A stretch of 64,000 nt of DNA, from assembly GCF_009914755.1 (NCBI RefSeq), contig NC_060929.1; one strand, 5' to 3'. The position numbers were made by a program, and so were the translations under genes. Under the pieces are notes generated by a model. That model had not been told where the DNA came from, made no database searches, and saw only the letters and a program-made list of their open reading frames with translations. The stretch comes from the human T2T-CHM13v2.0 reference genome, Homo sapiens. Below, in pieces: positions 38,201 to 52,294 of this stretch (position 1 is its first letter; each line of letters opens with the position of its first letter).

Positions 38201-41200
38201 AAATAGTCACTGCTGTTCCGGGACTACCCTGCCAGCTTCTTAGTTGTCAGATTTCGGAAACTGTATCAACTCTCTCAAGTGGAGGGGACACTTTGAACAA
38301 ATAAATATTGACAAGCACTGTCAAAATAGCTGGGGATTCTGACCCTGTCAGGCTAATCTCTGTTCTCCCTGTGAAAGCTCTGGCTTCCGTCACTCTGGGT
38401 CACATTCCGGCCTGCCTTCCTGTCAGAGTCCTACATTGCTCTCCTCTCCTCCACAATGTGCATATTGCAAGTTGGTCATCCTGTGTGTGTATTTACTTGC
38501 TGTGGCTTGTTTGGGTTCAGTTTTTTGAGTGTTCGTTTGCTTTTCCCAGACAGTATCAGATCCAGCCTTTCTGCCCCACCCCTTTTTGGAGGTACCGCTC
38601 TTTTCTACGCTATAAATGACTGACCAGTTGGGACTGAACTTGGCTGGGACAATCTCTGTTTTCACTCCCCTTCTATGTCCATCCTCTGTACTTTCAAAGT
38701 CTCCTGGGTACTCTCCTTCTTTCCTACAAGGTTGCAACTGTGTACCTTCTGTTGCCTCTCCTAGGCCTGTTGCATCCTGGAACACAGTACAGCCAATAAA
38801 TGTTTGTTAAATGAATGGATGAATGAATGTAGTTCTCAATATGTATAATCATGGCACTCTGACAAAGCTGCTGTTATAATCCCTTTGTAAAGGAACCACA
38901 TGCTTAATTTTAAGATAGAAGGATTGCAGCAACAACATTGCACGAGTTTTTCTCTTTTGACAGTTTCTGGTTCATCCGAGATCCCTGCACCTGCCAAACA
39001 GAAACTCACATTCACTCACACACCAGTTAGGTAAGAAGCAGCTGGCTAAGTATTGAGCTATTCTTGCCCAAGTCCACCATTTCCATGTAGGGGGTTGAAA
39101 GGAAGCTGATCATTTTCCTTCGGTTTTTTAAAGAATGTCCTTTGGGCTTTTTAGCATCCTTGTGACAGGCATCATGTTCATCTCAAGCTGTTTGGTGAGT
39201 ACAGGGAGATGGGTCCCTGTGTCAGGTGCTATATTCTTGTTGAGATACAAAAGCTTCAGTTCTCAACTCTCCAGCCCTGCAGGGGAGAATGAGGTCTTAT
39301 CAAGATTGCTTGGCAAAGTGTATTATTCATAAACCCACCTGGCTTATCACCAAAAAAATGTTGTGTTCACTGAGAGAGGCTCTTAAAGAATTCTCTGTTA
39401 ATATTTGCTTTGTCATTTCAGAAAGCCTTTAGCTAGGCCTGATCAGACAGTTATTTCTGGCTGGGTACAAATTCTGTTTTCAGAATATTGCTTGGCTCTT
39501 TGTTCCTTTCCCCTCTGTGCTGCCCACCCCCTTGCCTGACTCATCTCTTCTAGAACCTTCTCTGTCCTTTCCCAAACCACTGGGAGTGATTTACTAAGTA
39601 CATTTCCCAGCCAGCTCCCAGACACTGGCTAGAAAGACCAATTTACAGGAACAAAATGTCCCCACATTGTAACTGGGTCATGGTCCAAAATTTATTTGAA
39701 AATCAGACATTGGAATTAACAATGTTTTTTTTTTTTTTCTCAGAGAAATAACAGTGGAGAGAAGGTCTCACGATATCCCCAGAAGCCACTTTATCTATAA
39801 TGAAGCTGAATTGTAACACAAATGAGGGATCTAGGAATAGAATATGTGTCGGTGCAGAAGAGGGGACTAGTGGGGGACAGTAGGGGAGGACAGGAGGAGA
39901 AATTGGAGGGGGAAGATTTTTCTCCCTCTCTTTATTAATACAGTTCTAGTCCTGGGCCACAGTTCATAATAATCAGGTCATGTGCACACAGCCTCTTGTG
40001 GCCTTAGAGTCAGAAGTGATTGGAGTTCAGGGTCTGACTCAGGTTAAACAGACTCATACCAGCTAGATGTGCCAACCAGAATGGCAGTTAAAAAAATTGC
40101 TGGCTATCAAGCATGTTGCTACCAGTGCATTTCCTCCCTGGAAGCAAATCTGCAAGGGAAGCTGGAGTGCAATCAGAAAACTGTGTTGAGCCTCACTTAG
40201 ATCAGGGATCAACTGTCACAGGACTAGACAGGACAACTTTAGACCCTACTAGTCTCTCTTCTGGCATTCTGCATAATCAAGGCTTGGGAGTTGCTTCTTT
40301 CACATTCTCTTTTCTGGGCTTTCTGGCTTTTCTTATTTATTATTATTATTTTTTGCCAGATACATTGTTGCTTTAATTATGATGATGTCTTCAATCAGAT
40401 CAGAGCCAAAATTGGTAGCCTGGGAGCCATTCTGGTTTTTTTTTATTTGTTTGTTTGTTGGCTTGTTTTAGGTTGATGTAGTATTGCTCTTATCCAACAT
40501 GTGCGGATTTTGTAGTATAACTAGTGGGAAACAATTTACTTTCTATGTTCTCAGGGATCACTTTAATTCAATGTCTCCAAACCTCCAAACATGTTCCAAC
40601 TATACCTTCAGCTATAGATAGCATCACTATTTTGTGTGGAGGAGGCAGAAGTGGTAGAAGAAAGAGTGGAATCAGTCCATCTTATTCCACAAATCTTCAA
40701 AATTTAAAAATATTTGCTGCCTCAAATTTTTTTCAGAAGCAGCAGGAATATAAAGTAGAACAAAATACATGAAAAAACATAAAGAGTTACTTATTATCTT
40801 TTACCCTTAACTGAAATACTCTTTCTTCTAGAGAAAATGATGTCAGCTAGATGTTAGAAAGAAAGATGAACACACTAATTTATACTCATGTGCAAATGAC
40901 TAGGTAACACTTCTAGTCACATTTTGAGAGTTTTCTTCTTTTGAGAGAGGGCATATAGTGATACATATGTATCTTTAGTAGAATTTCAGGCAGTGTAAGT
41001 AGCTATTTCACAGAGTAGGAAAACTTAAAGAGTATTGTGGGAAAGGTTTCAGGTTCAGGTTGGTCTTTTGCTCTGGAGTTCAGCTTCTCTCTGTTACTTA
41101 TATCTTCTTTTCTTTCTGGACATCAATCTAAAAGATTTGCAAGCCTCCAAGGTTTATCACAAAAATTTTCATTCCAGTACTATCAGGACCTGTAGTTGTG

Positions 41201-41379
41201 GGAGTAAGAGGGAGACCAGGCTGCTAAGGGGAGAGTGAGGGCAATTTTTGGCACATTTGCACACTAGAAGTCTCCTCTACTAGCTTAACCTAACCTTTGA
41301 TCCATTTCTGTTGTTCACATTTCTCACCTCTTTCCAAATGCCCAATTTTTTTTTTTTTTTTTTTTTTGTGACCATGAGC

Positions 41380-41780
41380 TCCCTGGCCACTTTGCTATTG
41401 GTTGACTATGACAGGTGTGCTCTCTCATCTCAGGGCCTGCCTTAGAATGCTCTTCTCCCAGATTGTCACAGCGACCCTCTGTCAACGTACTCAAATCTCT
41501 GTCCAGTGCTACCTCTTCAGAGAGCTTTCTCTGACCTACCAAAAACAGCATCTTCCTCCATTTACTATCCCCTCACCCTGCTTTATTTTTCTTCATTGCA
41601 CTTATCACTACCTGGCGTATTATGTCTCTGTTGTTTAACTTTCAATCTGTCTGTTAATATCGGAATGCTAGCTGCACTTGGGAGGGATTTTTGTCTGGCT
41701 GGTCCAAAGTTAGATTCCTAGTACCAGGCCTGTGCTGGGCACAAAGTGGGCCCTCAACAAATATTTGTTAGATGAATGAA
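41380..41780 (+). mobile_element. L2 3' portion
   Basis: ctcagggcct...ctcttcagagagc...gctgggcacaaagtgggccctcaacaaatatttgttagatgaatgaat. Confidence 0.8.
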
Positions 41781-41907
41781 TCTCCATCTTATAAATGAGA
41801 GTTTGAAGCTTAGAAAGATTAAATGACTTAGTCAAGGCCATAAGTGCCAGAGATGGGATTACAACCCAAGTCACGTGATGCCAAAGCCTATATTCTTAGC
41901 CATTGCA

Positions 41908-41942
41908 TGTGTGTGTGTGTGTGTGTGTGTTTGTGTGTGTGT
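41908..41942. repeat. (TG)n microsatellite after a MIR fragment (about 41780-41905)
   Basis: Read directly from the sequence. Confidence 0.85.
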
Positions 41943-44900
41943 ATCTCCCAATCTTCTCCATTAAACTCTCAGATTCTCCATCATAAGGACTATTTGTATT
42001 ATATCTTGTAACCTAAATGCCTAAAATGCTCAATATGTGAAGGGGAGACTATAAATGTCAAAGGAAAAATATATCTTTGGCTAATGGATGAGTGCTTGAA
42101 CAAAGAGAAGCATGTTTCCGATGAGGACACAGTACAGACAAAGACCTAAGAAACACACTGGGAATTGCAGAGTTCAAATGTCTTCCTAAATGGCTAACTT
42201 ATCACCAGGGGCAGCCTAGGCAGTGCGAAAAATAAAGTCTACTGAGTAAGTATAATCATTGCACATCCCCTTTTAGCAGCTGGAGTCATTGTCCCACACC
42301 TTGCCTCACAGTGCACATACAAGTTTAAATGCCTGAGATTGCTAATTTTCCAAAGACTTCATTATCGTGAGATGAGGCCATGGCAAAAATGTGCTGGTCT
42401 TTAAAACAAGGACAGATGACAAATTGATAGCACTATAAAAGGGCCACAGGACTTAGCGCTGGCTCTGAATGTCTACCAGACAGCAGACACAATATATGTT
42501 CACTGAGAGTGTTGGATCTCAAAGATACCAATGAATTTAGAGGTGTCTGAGCAACAAAAAGATTTATTTTGTTTCTTAAATTCAGAACTCTGGACTCTCA
42601 AGGGAAGACAGTGGTTTGGCAGAAAGCAGTGGTAGAATAACCAATTATTCTATAATATTTTTCAGAGCCAACTTCCTTCTAACATTTTGTTTCCATTGCC
42701 ACGGTAATCCTGCTTTCCTCAGCATAAGGAAGCAGGGAAGAGGTGAAATAAGAGCCCTCCCTTGGAATTGGATCATGTGAGCCAAAATAGTCAGATCCTT
42801 CCAGTGGGCCAGCTGGAGAAGGGTCCACAATTGTCTCCTAGTATCAGGGCTGTATACAATGACATGCACATCTTTATCCATCATGGAAATTGGTCGCTTA
42901 CAATGCATCCTTTTTGTAGGCTAAAATAACTGGCATCCTTCTCTCCCGACCCATTTACATCCCCTTTTCCCTCATCACTCATCATCCTCTGCCCTTCCCC
43001 CAAACACATTGTTGTTGATTTTTATTAGCTCTGAATCAAAGAAAATGTGCTGGAGAATATTGCACCAGGGAAGCAACATTTCAATGCTTAATTACTTGAG
43101 GTGCTTCCTAAATTAAACTAGCCGGTTTCCTACCCTCTTTAATATTTTTTCTTTCTGTGTAAAGATGAAGTAAATCTCCTGTCAAAGGATTGGAGAGAAG
43201 GAACCAACCGTCTTTCACTCACCCACTTAGAACCTTCTGGAAGCCCTGACTGCCTTGCTGTAAGGTCGGCTGAATGGAAAGAGACAAAGGCTGTTGGCCC
43301 TGATAACAGAGGACATGGAGAACACTGACGGGCCAGCACAGAGAGGTGTGTGGAGAAATGGATGCCCTGTAGGGTATGCATACTACGGCTTGGCTCCTTT
43401 GAGAGATTGAGTGTTTAGATCTGGAAGAGTGTCTCTCTGGATTAATAATAAATAGATTTGTAGCTTGGACTGATGTAAATAACAAGGTTAACAGAAGGTA
43501 TTGAGAAAGGACATCTCTCACCAGATCAGCAAAACAATAGACACATGTCCTTGCCCCTGGTAGGGAAATGGGAGTAAAATGTACCCTCATTCGTAACTGG
43601 TAGAAATATGAATTGTTACAGCTTTTTTGGAAGGCCATCTGGCCACAGCTATTACACTGAGCCACCTGCTCAGAGAGGCCTTCCCTGACCATCCTATCTA
43701 AGGCTCTAAGGCAGCATATTCTGAGAGTCTCTATCATATGTCCTATTTCACTTTTCTTTGTAAAATTTCCCATTATCTGAACTTTTATATATATATAATA
43801 TATTCTGTGTATCACTTTATTAACATATAATTAGCATACATAAATTGCACATATTTGAAGGGTACAATTGAATATATGTGCACAGTGATGAAACCACCAC
43901 CACAATCAGGATAATAAAGAAGTCCTTCACCCCGAAAAGTTCTCTCCTGCCCCTGGATAATCCATCCCACTAATTCCCTATAGGCAACCACAGAACTGCT
44001 TTCTGTCTCTGTTGATTAGTTTGCATTTTCTAGAATTTTATATAAATGGAATTATACAATATGTTCTTTTTTTAATCTGGCTTCCTTTACTCAGCATGAT
44101 TGTCTTGAGATTTATTCAAAATACAAGATTTGTTCAAAATATGCTGAGTATAATGTGTTATCAATGCTCCATTGCATTTTGTTGCTGAGTAGCATCTCAA
44201 TGTATGGATGTAATTTGTTTATCCATTTGCCTGTTGGTGGAGGAGGCGCGGGGGCATTTGGATTGTTTCCAGTTGTTACTGCTTATTCCAAAGAAAGCTG
44301 CTTTGAATGTTTGTTTCCAAGTGTTTGTATGGATTCATGCCTTCATTTCTCTGTGGCATATATCTAAGAGTAAATGGCTGCATCATATGGTAGGTTTAAT
44401 GTGATGCTTAACATTTTAACAGACTATCAAACTGTTTTCCCAAAGAGACATATGATTTTACATTTCCACCAAGGGTGTATGAAAGGTCTCATTACCCCAC
44501 ATCAAAAGAATGTATAAAACAAATATGTACAGTTTAATTTAAAAATTAATTTGGGATGTACCCACCACTCAAACATGAGAAAGAGAACACTTCCTGGAAC
44601 TTAGGGGCTCCTAGACTCCCTCTCTCTATCATGCCCTTCCCTTCCCACCAGAGATAACCAGTGTCCTGAATTTTGTGTTAGTTGTTCCCTTGATTTTCTT
44701 TATCACTTTACTACCTATTAATATATAGCCCCTACACATTAACTTGTTCAATTTTTCCAGTTTTTCATTTTTTGAAATGAAATCCACATGACTTATCTCC
44801 TTCACTTAGTATATTTTTGAGATACAACCACATGAATATGCACAGATATCGCTCACTTAATTTAACAGCCATTTATTATTCCATTGTATGAACAAACCTC

Positions 44901-45047
44901 AATTTTTATATCTGTTGTACTGTTGATGAGCATTTGAGCTGTGTACATTTGCACAAGTAAATGTGTATATATTCAAGAATGTTTGAACATATGTATGTAT
45001 ATACATATATATACATATATTATATATAATATATGTACGTATATATA

Positions 45048-45330
45048 CAGTTGACCCTTGAACAACATGGGTTTGAACTGTGTGGGTCCACTGAGAGAAC
45101 TTTTGAGTGTGCAAAACTTGTTTATTATTGTGTACATATATTCGAGTTTTTTTCAACCAAATATGGATCAAAAATACAGTATTTGCTGGATGCAAAACCC
45201 ATGTTTATGAAAAGCCAGATTTTCCTATACGTGGGTTCTGCAGGGCCAACTACAGGACTTGAATATGTGTGCATTTTGGGATATTCTGGTGTCCTGGAAC
45301 CAATCCCCTGCATATATCAAGAGATGACTC
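45048..45330 (+). mobile_element. MER8 (Tigger-derived MITE) with an internal insertion of about 45 bp
   Basis: ta-cagttgacccttgaacaacatgggtttgaactg ... gtcctggaaccaatcccctg...gatgact. Confidence 0.85.
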
Positions 45331-48300
45331 TATGAACGCATATATTATAGAGAAATTGCTGAATCATAGGGTATGCATATGTTCAGTTCTGTAAGGTACT
45401 GCCAATTGTTTCCCAAAGTGTTTGTGATAACTCATACTCCTACTAATAGCATGAAAGTTTTTGTTTCATAACAACAATACTTAACATTGTCTGATCTTTA
45501 AAGTTTTGTCAAACTGGAAGTTGTGAAATGTATCTCACTGTAGTTTTAATTTTCACTTCTGTGAATACAAAAGTTTGATAATTTTTTCGTTGTTTATCAG
45601 CCTTAGTATTTTTTTGTGAAATTTTTCATAATTTTTCCCATTTTATTGAATTGGCAATCTCTGTATTATTAATTTGTAGGAATTTTGTATACATTCTAAA
45701 TACTAAATCTTTGTTTATATTAGTTGCAAATATCTTGTCACAATTTGTGGCTTGTCTTCATTGTCTTTATAGTGTTTTTTAGAAAAAAAATTTTCAATTT
45801 TCATATATTGTTTTATCAATCTTCTCCTTTATGGATTATACTTTGTACATTTATATTTTTAAATTTTTATTTTTAATTGACAAATAACAATTATATGTAC
45901 TTATGAGGTACAATGTGATGTTTTGATATGCTTACAATGTGGATTGATTAAATCAGGACAATTAACAAATCCATCGCTACATACTTATCACTTTTTGTGG
46001 TGAAAACATTTAAAATCTCTTTTAGCAATTTTGAAATACACAATGCATTATTATTTATCATAGTCACGATTCTGTTTAATAGATCACTAAAGCTTATTCC
46101 TCTTGTCTGACTGAAACTGTTGTTCATCACATTTAAGATGTTGAAAAGGAGTAGTAAAAGCAGATATTTTTCGATGTTTCCTGATCTCAAGCATTTTTAC
46201 CATTAAGTATGTTGTTTACTGTTACTTTTCTTTCACTTATCATGTTAAGGAAATTTCTTTTTATTCTAAGTTTCATAAGAGTTATATTTTTGTTAAATCC
46301 GAAAGAATGATATATTTTATCAAATGCTCTTTCTGCGTCTCTTCTGTCGACCATGTGTTTACTCTTATAATTTATGACTATGATAGATTGTACTTACTAA
46401 CTTTTAAAGGTTCAACCAGCCTTACATTCTTAGGATATACCCAATTTGATCTTGACGTTTCATCTGTCTTTACACATCGCTGAATTCATTTTGTTAATAT
46501 TTTGTTTAGGATTCTTGCATCTACTTTTTAAGTGAGAATGGCCTGCTATCTGCCTTTTTATTCTTATCTGAATATGTTATGATGGATATTCTGGATTCAT
46601 AGAATGATTTGGAATATGTCCTCTTTTTATTGTTTTTTTTTTACAGCTTTATAGAGGTATAATCTATATAAAGCTAACATCCCCCTTTTTTTGCCAGAAG
46701 ACAATGAAGAAAACATCTACCTTTTTTTAAGTGTACAGTTTGATGTGTTTTGGAAAAATGTATGCCTTATGCAGCTATCACCATGAGTTTTACAATACTA
46801 TTATCACTCTGAAAAATTGTGGACAATTACAGTTGGATCTTTTTTAAAAAATCCAGTGTATCAATCTATGTCTTTTGATTAAAGTATTTAGTGCAGTCAC
46901 ATTTAGTGTAATAATTGATATGTTTGGATTTGTTTATGACTTTTTGCTATTTTATATTTGTCTAATCTCTCATTTTTCTTCCATAACTGCTTTATTTCTT
47001 ACTTTGCACTACATAAATATCTTTTATTGTACTATTTTAACTCCTCTATTAACTTTTAGCTATATTTCTTTGAATTATTTTTGGTGATTATTCTGGGGAT
47101 TAATATATGTGTCTTTATTTTATTATAGTCTACTTTAAGTAGCCTTATTTTCAATAAGAGATAATATGTTTGCCCCAATATAGCTTCATTACATTCCTCT
47201 TCTTTGTAATATTATTGTCATATATGTTTTCCCTTCAGCCTGAAGGACCTCCTTCAACATTTCTCATAGTGCATGTCTGCCAGGATTGATTTCCTCACAT
47301 TTTGTTTATCTTGAAATTTTCTTATTTTGCTTTCATTTTGAGGAATAACTTTATTGACTATAAAATTCTTAGTTTACAGTATTTTTTCTTTATGCACTTT
47401 GAAAATGTTTGTGCAACGTATTTTGACGTCCATTTTGTATGGCAAGAAGCCAGCCATTAATTGCATCATTGTTCCCCTATATGAAATGGTCATTTTTCTT
47501 GTTGCTTTGAAGATTTTTCTCATTAGCTTTCAGTAATTTGAATATGATGCATCTAGATATGGTTTTCTTTGTGTCTATACTACTGGGATACATTGAGCAT
47601 CTTGGACCTGGAAGTTAATGTTTTCACCAAGCTTGGGAAACTTTGTGTTATTATTTCTTCATATACTTTCCTGCTTCTTTCTCTCTGTTCTTCTGGAACT
47701 CCATTTAGACATATGATAAAATGGTTCATATTTCCCAGTAGATCTCTCAGTCTCTTCATTTTTCTTCCATCTTTTTTCACTGTGTTCTATGTTCAAGGTC
47801 ACTGATCCTTTCCTCTGCTATCTCAAATCTGCTATTGAGGCCATTTAGTAAATTTTCTTTATTTTAGTTAGTGTATCTTTCAGTTTTAGAATTTCCATTT
47901 GATTCATTTTTATAGTTTTCATGTATCTGTTAGGGTCCCTATGTGTTCACTCATTATTAGTATATTTTCCTTTATTTTAAAGATATAATTTATTTTAATT
48001 TGTTGAATATATTTATAGTAGCTACTTTCATATCTTTGTATGCTAAATTCAACATCTGTGCCTGCTTAGAATCAGTTTCTATTGACTTCCTTTTTTCCTG
48101 AGTATGAGTAACACTTTCCTATTCTTTGCCTGTCTAGTAATTTTTGGTTAAAACCTGGGTATTGTAGGTAATACACAATAGCAATTCTGGATTTGGGGTC
48201 TTGGGGGGGTAATTGTTTTCTTGTTTGTTTGTTTTAATGGGCAATTTAATTTTCTGGACTAAAGCTTCAAAATCTGTCTCCTTTATGGTGTGAAGTTGCT

Positions 48301-49349
48301 GATGTCTCTGCTCAGATTGGCTTTTAAAAAACACCTGGCCCCTTGGGGCTCTCTCCTGTGCTTGCATAGTTTAGTGGTCAGCCAGCAATTAGTGCTGAGG
48401 GTGTGTTCAGACACATCAAGTCAGTAAGACTTCCACCTTCTGACCTCAAGAAAATTCGGACTTTCACTTTCCTCCTCTGCACACTTGTAATGGTGTAGTT
48501 TAGCAGTCAGAATGAGGGTGTGTAGAGAGTTTATTATTTCAGCTCTTCCATGACTCTTTTGCCTCCAAAATGTCCCCCTTAAATTTCTAGCAGTTTTCCA
48601 CTAATCCTGAACCAAACCTGCCACTTCTTGCAAATAAAGCTGCAGGGTTTCCCTGCAGAGCTATAGGGGATAGGGAAACCCCACACGAGAAGGCTCAAAT
48701 TCACTGTTCTATGGAACAATCTTTTTGTTCTGCCATTCTTAGAACTAAAGTCTTAGATATGCTTTTCCTGATATAGCCTTCATATGCTATTCCCATACTT
48801 TTCTGTGGGTCTATAAACAGGAAACATTTTTTTCTACTCGGGAATTGTTGGACAAGCTCTTGGAGGTTTTCTTCATGCTTCATACATAAGTATACATCTG
48901 CTGGACATTCACAAAACATAGTTTGTGAGTCCTAGGGACTTAGACTGTGACTCCTCCCAGTACTCTGGCAGGTTCTTGAGGCTTAAGCCACAGCTTCTTC
49001 TAGTTATCCTGCACCTCCGAGTAAATTTTGGCAAGAATTCCAAGACATGGCCAATAAGAAGCACCAAGAGAAGTTTGTGTCAGAAAAGAATGAGAAGGCA
49101 GCCAATTAGAAGGACCTTTGAGGGATGGTCCAAGCACAAGTTTATGAAGAGCTCAAGACCAGAGTATCTACTTGGTCCTCCAAGAATTGGTCCTGCTCTG
49201 GAGGCTTGGATCCTACATTCTTCAGATGGCCTGGGAAGCACAACGTTTTTCCTCTTAGTGGTCCTTGTCTTTTCTTTCTCTTTTATAATTGTCAAAAAGT
49301 GTTTGTGTAAGTTTAGAATCATATATTCTTTGAATTTTTGTAGGCCTAA

Positions 49350-49658
49350 TTTTTTTTTTTTTTTTTTTTTTGAGACAGAGTCTCGCTCTTTCGCCCAGGC
49401 CGGACTGCAGTGGTGCTATCTCTATCTCGGCTCACTGCAAGCTCTGCCTCCAGGGTTCACGCCTTTCTCCTGCCTCAGCCTCCCAAGTAGCTGGGACTAC
49501 AGGTGCCCATTGCTGCGCCTGGCTAATTTTTTCTATTTTTAGAAGAGACGGGGTTTCACTGTGTTAGCCAGGATGGTCTCGATCTCCTGACCTCGTGATC
49601 CGCCCGCCTCAGCCTCCCAAAGTGCTGGGATTACAGGCATGAGCCACCGTGCCCGGCC
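49350..49658 (-). mobile_element. AluY-lineage element
   Basis: cactgcaagctc, gtgttagccaggatggtctcgatctcctgacctcgtgatcc; TSD aggcctaa at 49342-49349 and 49659-49666; variant ggccggactgcagtggtgcta. Confidence 0.95.
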
Positions 49659-50272
49659 AGGCCTAAGTTTTAAAGTCACCCAGGCTTGTGGTTTTCTTTG
49701 TGCAAATATTTCTGTCTATGATTTAATGTTATATTTATTTATAGTTAGAGGACATTTCAGGTGTCATATTTTATTGTGTGCATTTTGGATATGTTGTATT
49801 TTTCTATGATTTTAAAGTTTCATTTATGTTTTCTAGTGTATTAGTTAAAAATTATTTCTAGTATCTTGTATTTATTTGTTCAATTTCTATATCATCTGTA
49901 AATTGTCCCATTTACAGCATAGGCCCATTTACCAAGGCCATTATGAAGACACTAGTGAGACATGCATTGCTGAGACATTCAGTGGTCTCTCCTGTGTAGG
50001 CCAGGATGATGGTAGGAAACATAGTCACTGAATTGGCTCCTTAACATCCATCATAATCAACAGAACCCCAAAGTTAGAGAGGCCAATTGTGACACTTAAC
50101 TCCCAGAAGCCAGGGGGCCACAGTTAATTATATTAACTGGCAAGGCTGGAAAGACAGTCAAGAGGTCTTGATCTGTAGGGAGTTATGGACACGGTGAATA
50201 GAATATGGGGTATCTTAGGGCAAGCTACCATAGGGTGGTACTTAACATTAACAACAAGAAGAAGGCAAGGCA

Positions 50273-50689
<417 letters not shown>

Positions 50690-51916
50690 TCAAAGGGACC
50701 TGCAGTCACTTACTTAGGTGAATGTACACTGGGGAAAGAGGACTACCCAGGCATTTCAAATACAATTAGATACAGGGTTGGAGTAGCTGTTGATACCTAA
50801 AAACACCATTTCATCATGGCCCACCCAGTAGAGTAGGGGCTAGCAGGAGCCAGGTAATATATGAAATCCTGACAAAAATATTGCTTACAATGGGTCAACT
50901 GAGTTTGTGGACCCACTCAGTCGTCATCTTCCCCAGTTCCTGTGTGCATAATTGGTATCAATATACCTGGCATTGGATCCTCAGCCTATGAGATAAGAGC
51001 TGTCATTGTGGGGCCAAATGGAAACTTCTGAAACTGCCTCTCCTGGCCAAAATAGTAAATTTAAAAATACCTATCACATTTCACAAGGAGATGGCAAAGA
51101 ATAATGCTACCATTGAAGCTTTAAAATATGCAGAGGTGGCAGTCTTTATTATATATCCATTAATTAGTCTGGGCCCTGCAGAAACCAGATTAATCTTGGA
51201 AAATGAAAGCAGACTACTGCAAGCTCAAATAAATAGGCACCTTAATTGTAGTTGCTGTACTATACTTGGGTGCCCTTGCTAGAGCAGATTGATAAATAAG
51301 GCCTCAGACACATGGTATAAGGCTAATGCTTTTGTGAATGTGTTCTTTTCTTTTCTGATCAGAAAAGAAGTTTAGAAATAGTTCATGTTTATTTGGAACA
51401 GACAATGAATATTCATTTATAGTTTTGCCCTAGGGCTGTTAATTTTCCTGCCCTCTGTCATAATACATTCCAAAGAGATCTAGACTGTCTGAATATCTTG
51501 TAAAACATCACATTATCCCATTACATCATGCTGATTGAGACAAATGAGCAACAGGAGGTACTATATTGAAGTCCATTTAAGACTCATGGGCTCCAGACAT
51601 TGGGAGAAAAACTCTGTGATGATTCAAGAACCCGCTACTTTAGTAAAGTTTTTAGGGGTGTGGTGGTCTGAGATGTGCTAAGACATCTCCACCAAAGTAA
51701 AAGAAAAATGATTGCATCTTTCATCCCTTACCACTAAGACGGAAGCACAGTGCCTGGCAGACCACTTTTTTAGGTTCTAGAGACAACACATTCTGCACGC
51801 AGGAATATTGTCCTGGCCTATGTGCCTGGTGACACAGGAGGCTGCCACCTCTGTATGTCACCCAGTGTAGGAAAGAGCTCTGCAGCAGATCCAGGCTGTG
51901 GTGCAAGCAACCCTGC

Positions 51917-52294
51917 TATCTTAGGCAGTTCATGCTGCTATAACAAATTACCATAGACTGGGTGGTTTAAGCAGCACATATTTAATTCTCGAAGTTCTAG
52001 AGGCTGGCAAATCCAAGCTTTAGCACCAGTAGATCTGGTGTCTGATAAGGGCCTCTTCTTAGTTTGCAGATGACTGTTCTTCTCGTTGTATCCTTACATA
52101 ACAGAGAGAAGAGAGTGAGAGAAAGCTCCAGTTTCTCTTTTTTATAAGGGCACTCATCCCATTTATCAGGACTCTACTACTCTCATGACCTAATTACCTT
52201 CCAAAGACCCCATCTCCTAATATTATCACATTGAGGTTTAGGATTTCAACATATGAATTCTAGGTGAGGAGACACAAATATTCAACCCATAACA
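51917..52294 (-). mobile_element. MLT1A-family MaLR solo LTR inserted in ERVL pol
   Basis: gctgctataacaaattaccatagactgggtgg...catgacctaattaccttccaaag...ttcaacatatgaatt. Confidence 0.9.

Larger units (their letters stand above)
43815..49920 (-). mobile_element. Stack of antisense old L1 fragments (L1MB/ME 3' ends, L1MA 3' end at about 45860-46110, ORF2 and ORF1 remnants)
   Basis: T-rich; ttttctagaattttatataaatggaattatacaatatg; ORF 47580-47780 (LRDL...I..GVPE...EEII..FP.L.K) is L1 ORF1p-like. Confidence 0.8.

Noticed and set aside
43219-43815. 198-aa minus-strand ORF
   Set aside because: It overlaps L2 and L1 fragments, has a non-ATG start and no recognisable domain.
48925-49542. Longest ORF in the window (205 aa)
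   Set aside because: It starts at GTG and runs through a poly-T tail into antisense Alu; no sign of a real gene.
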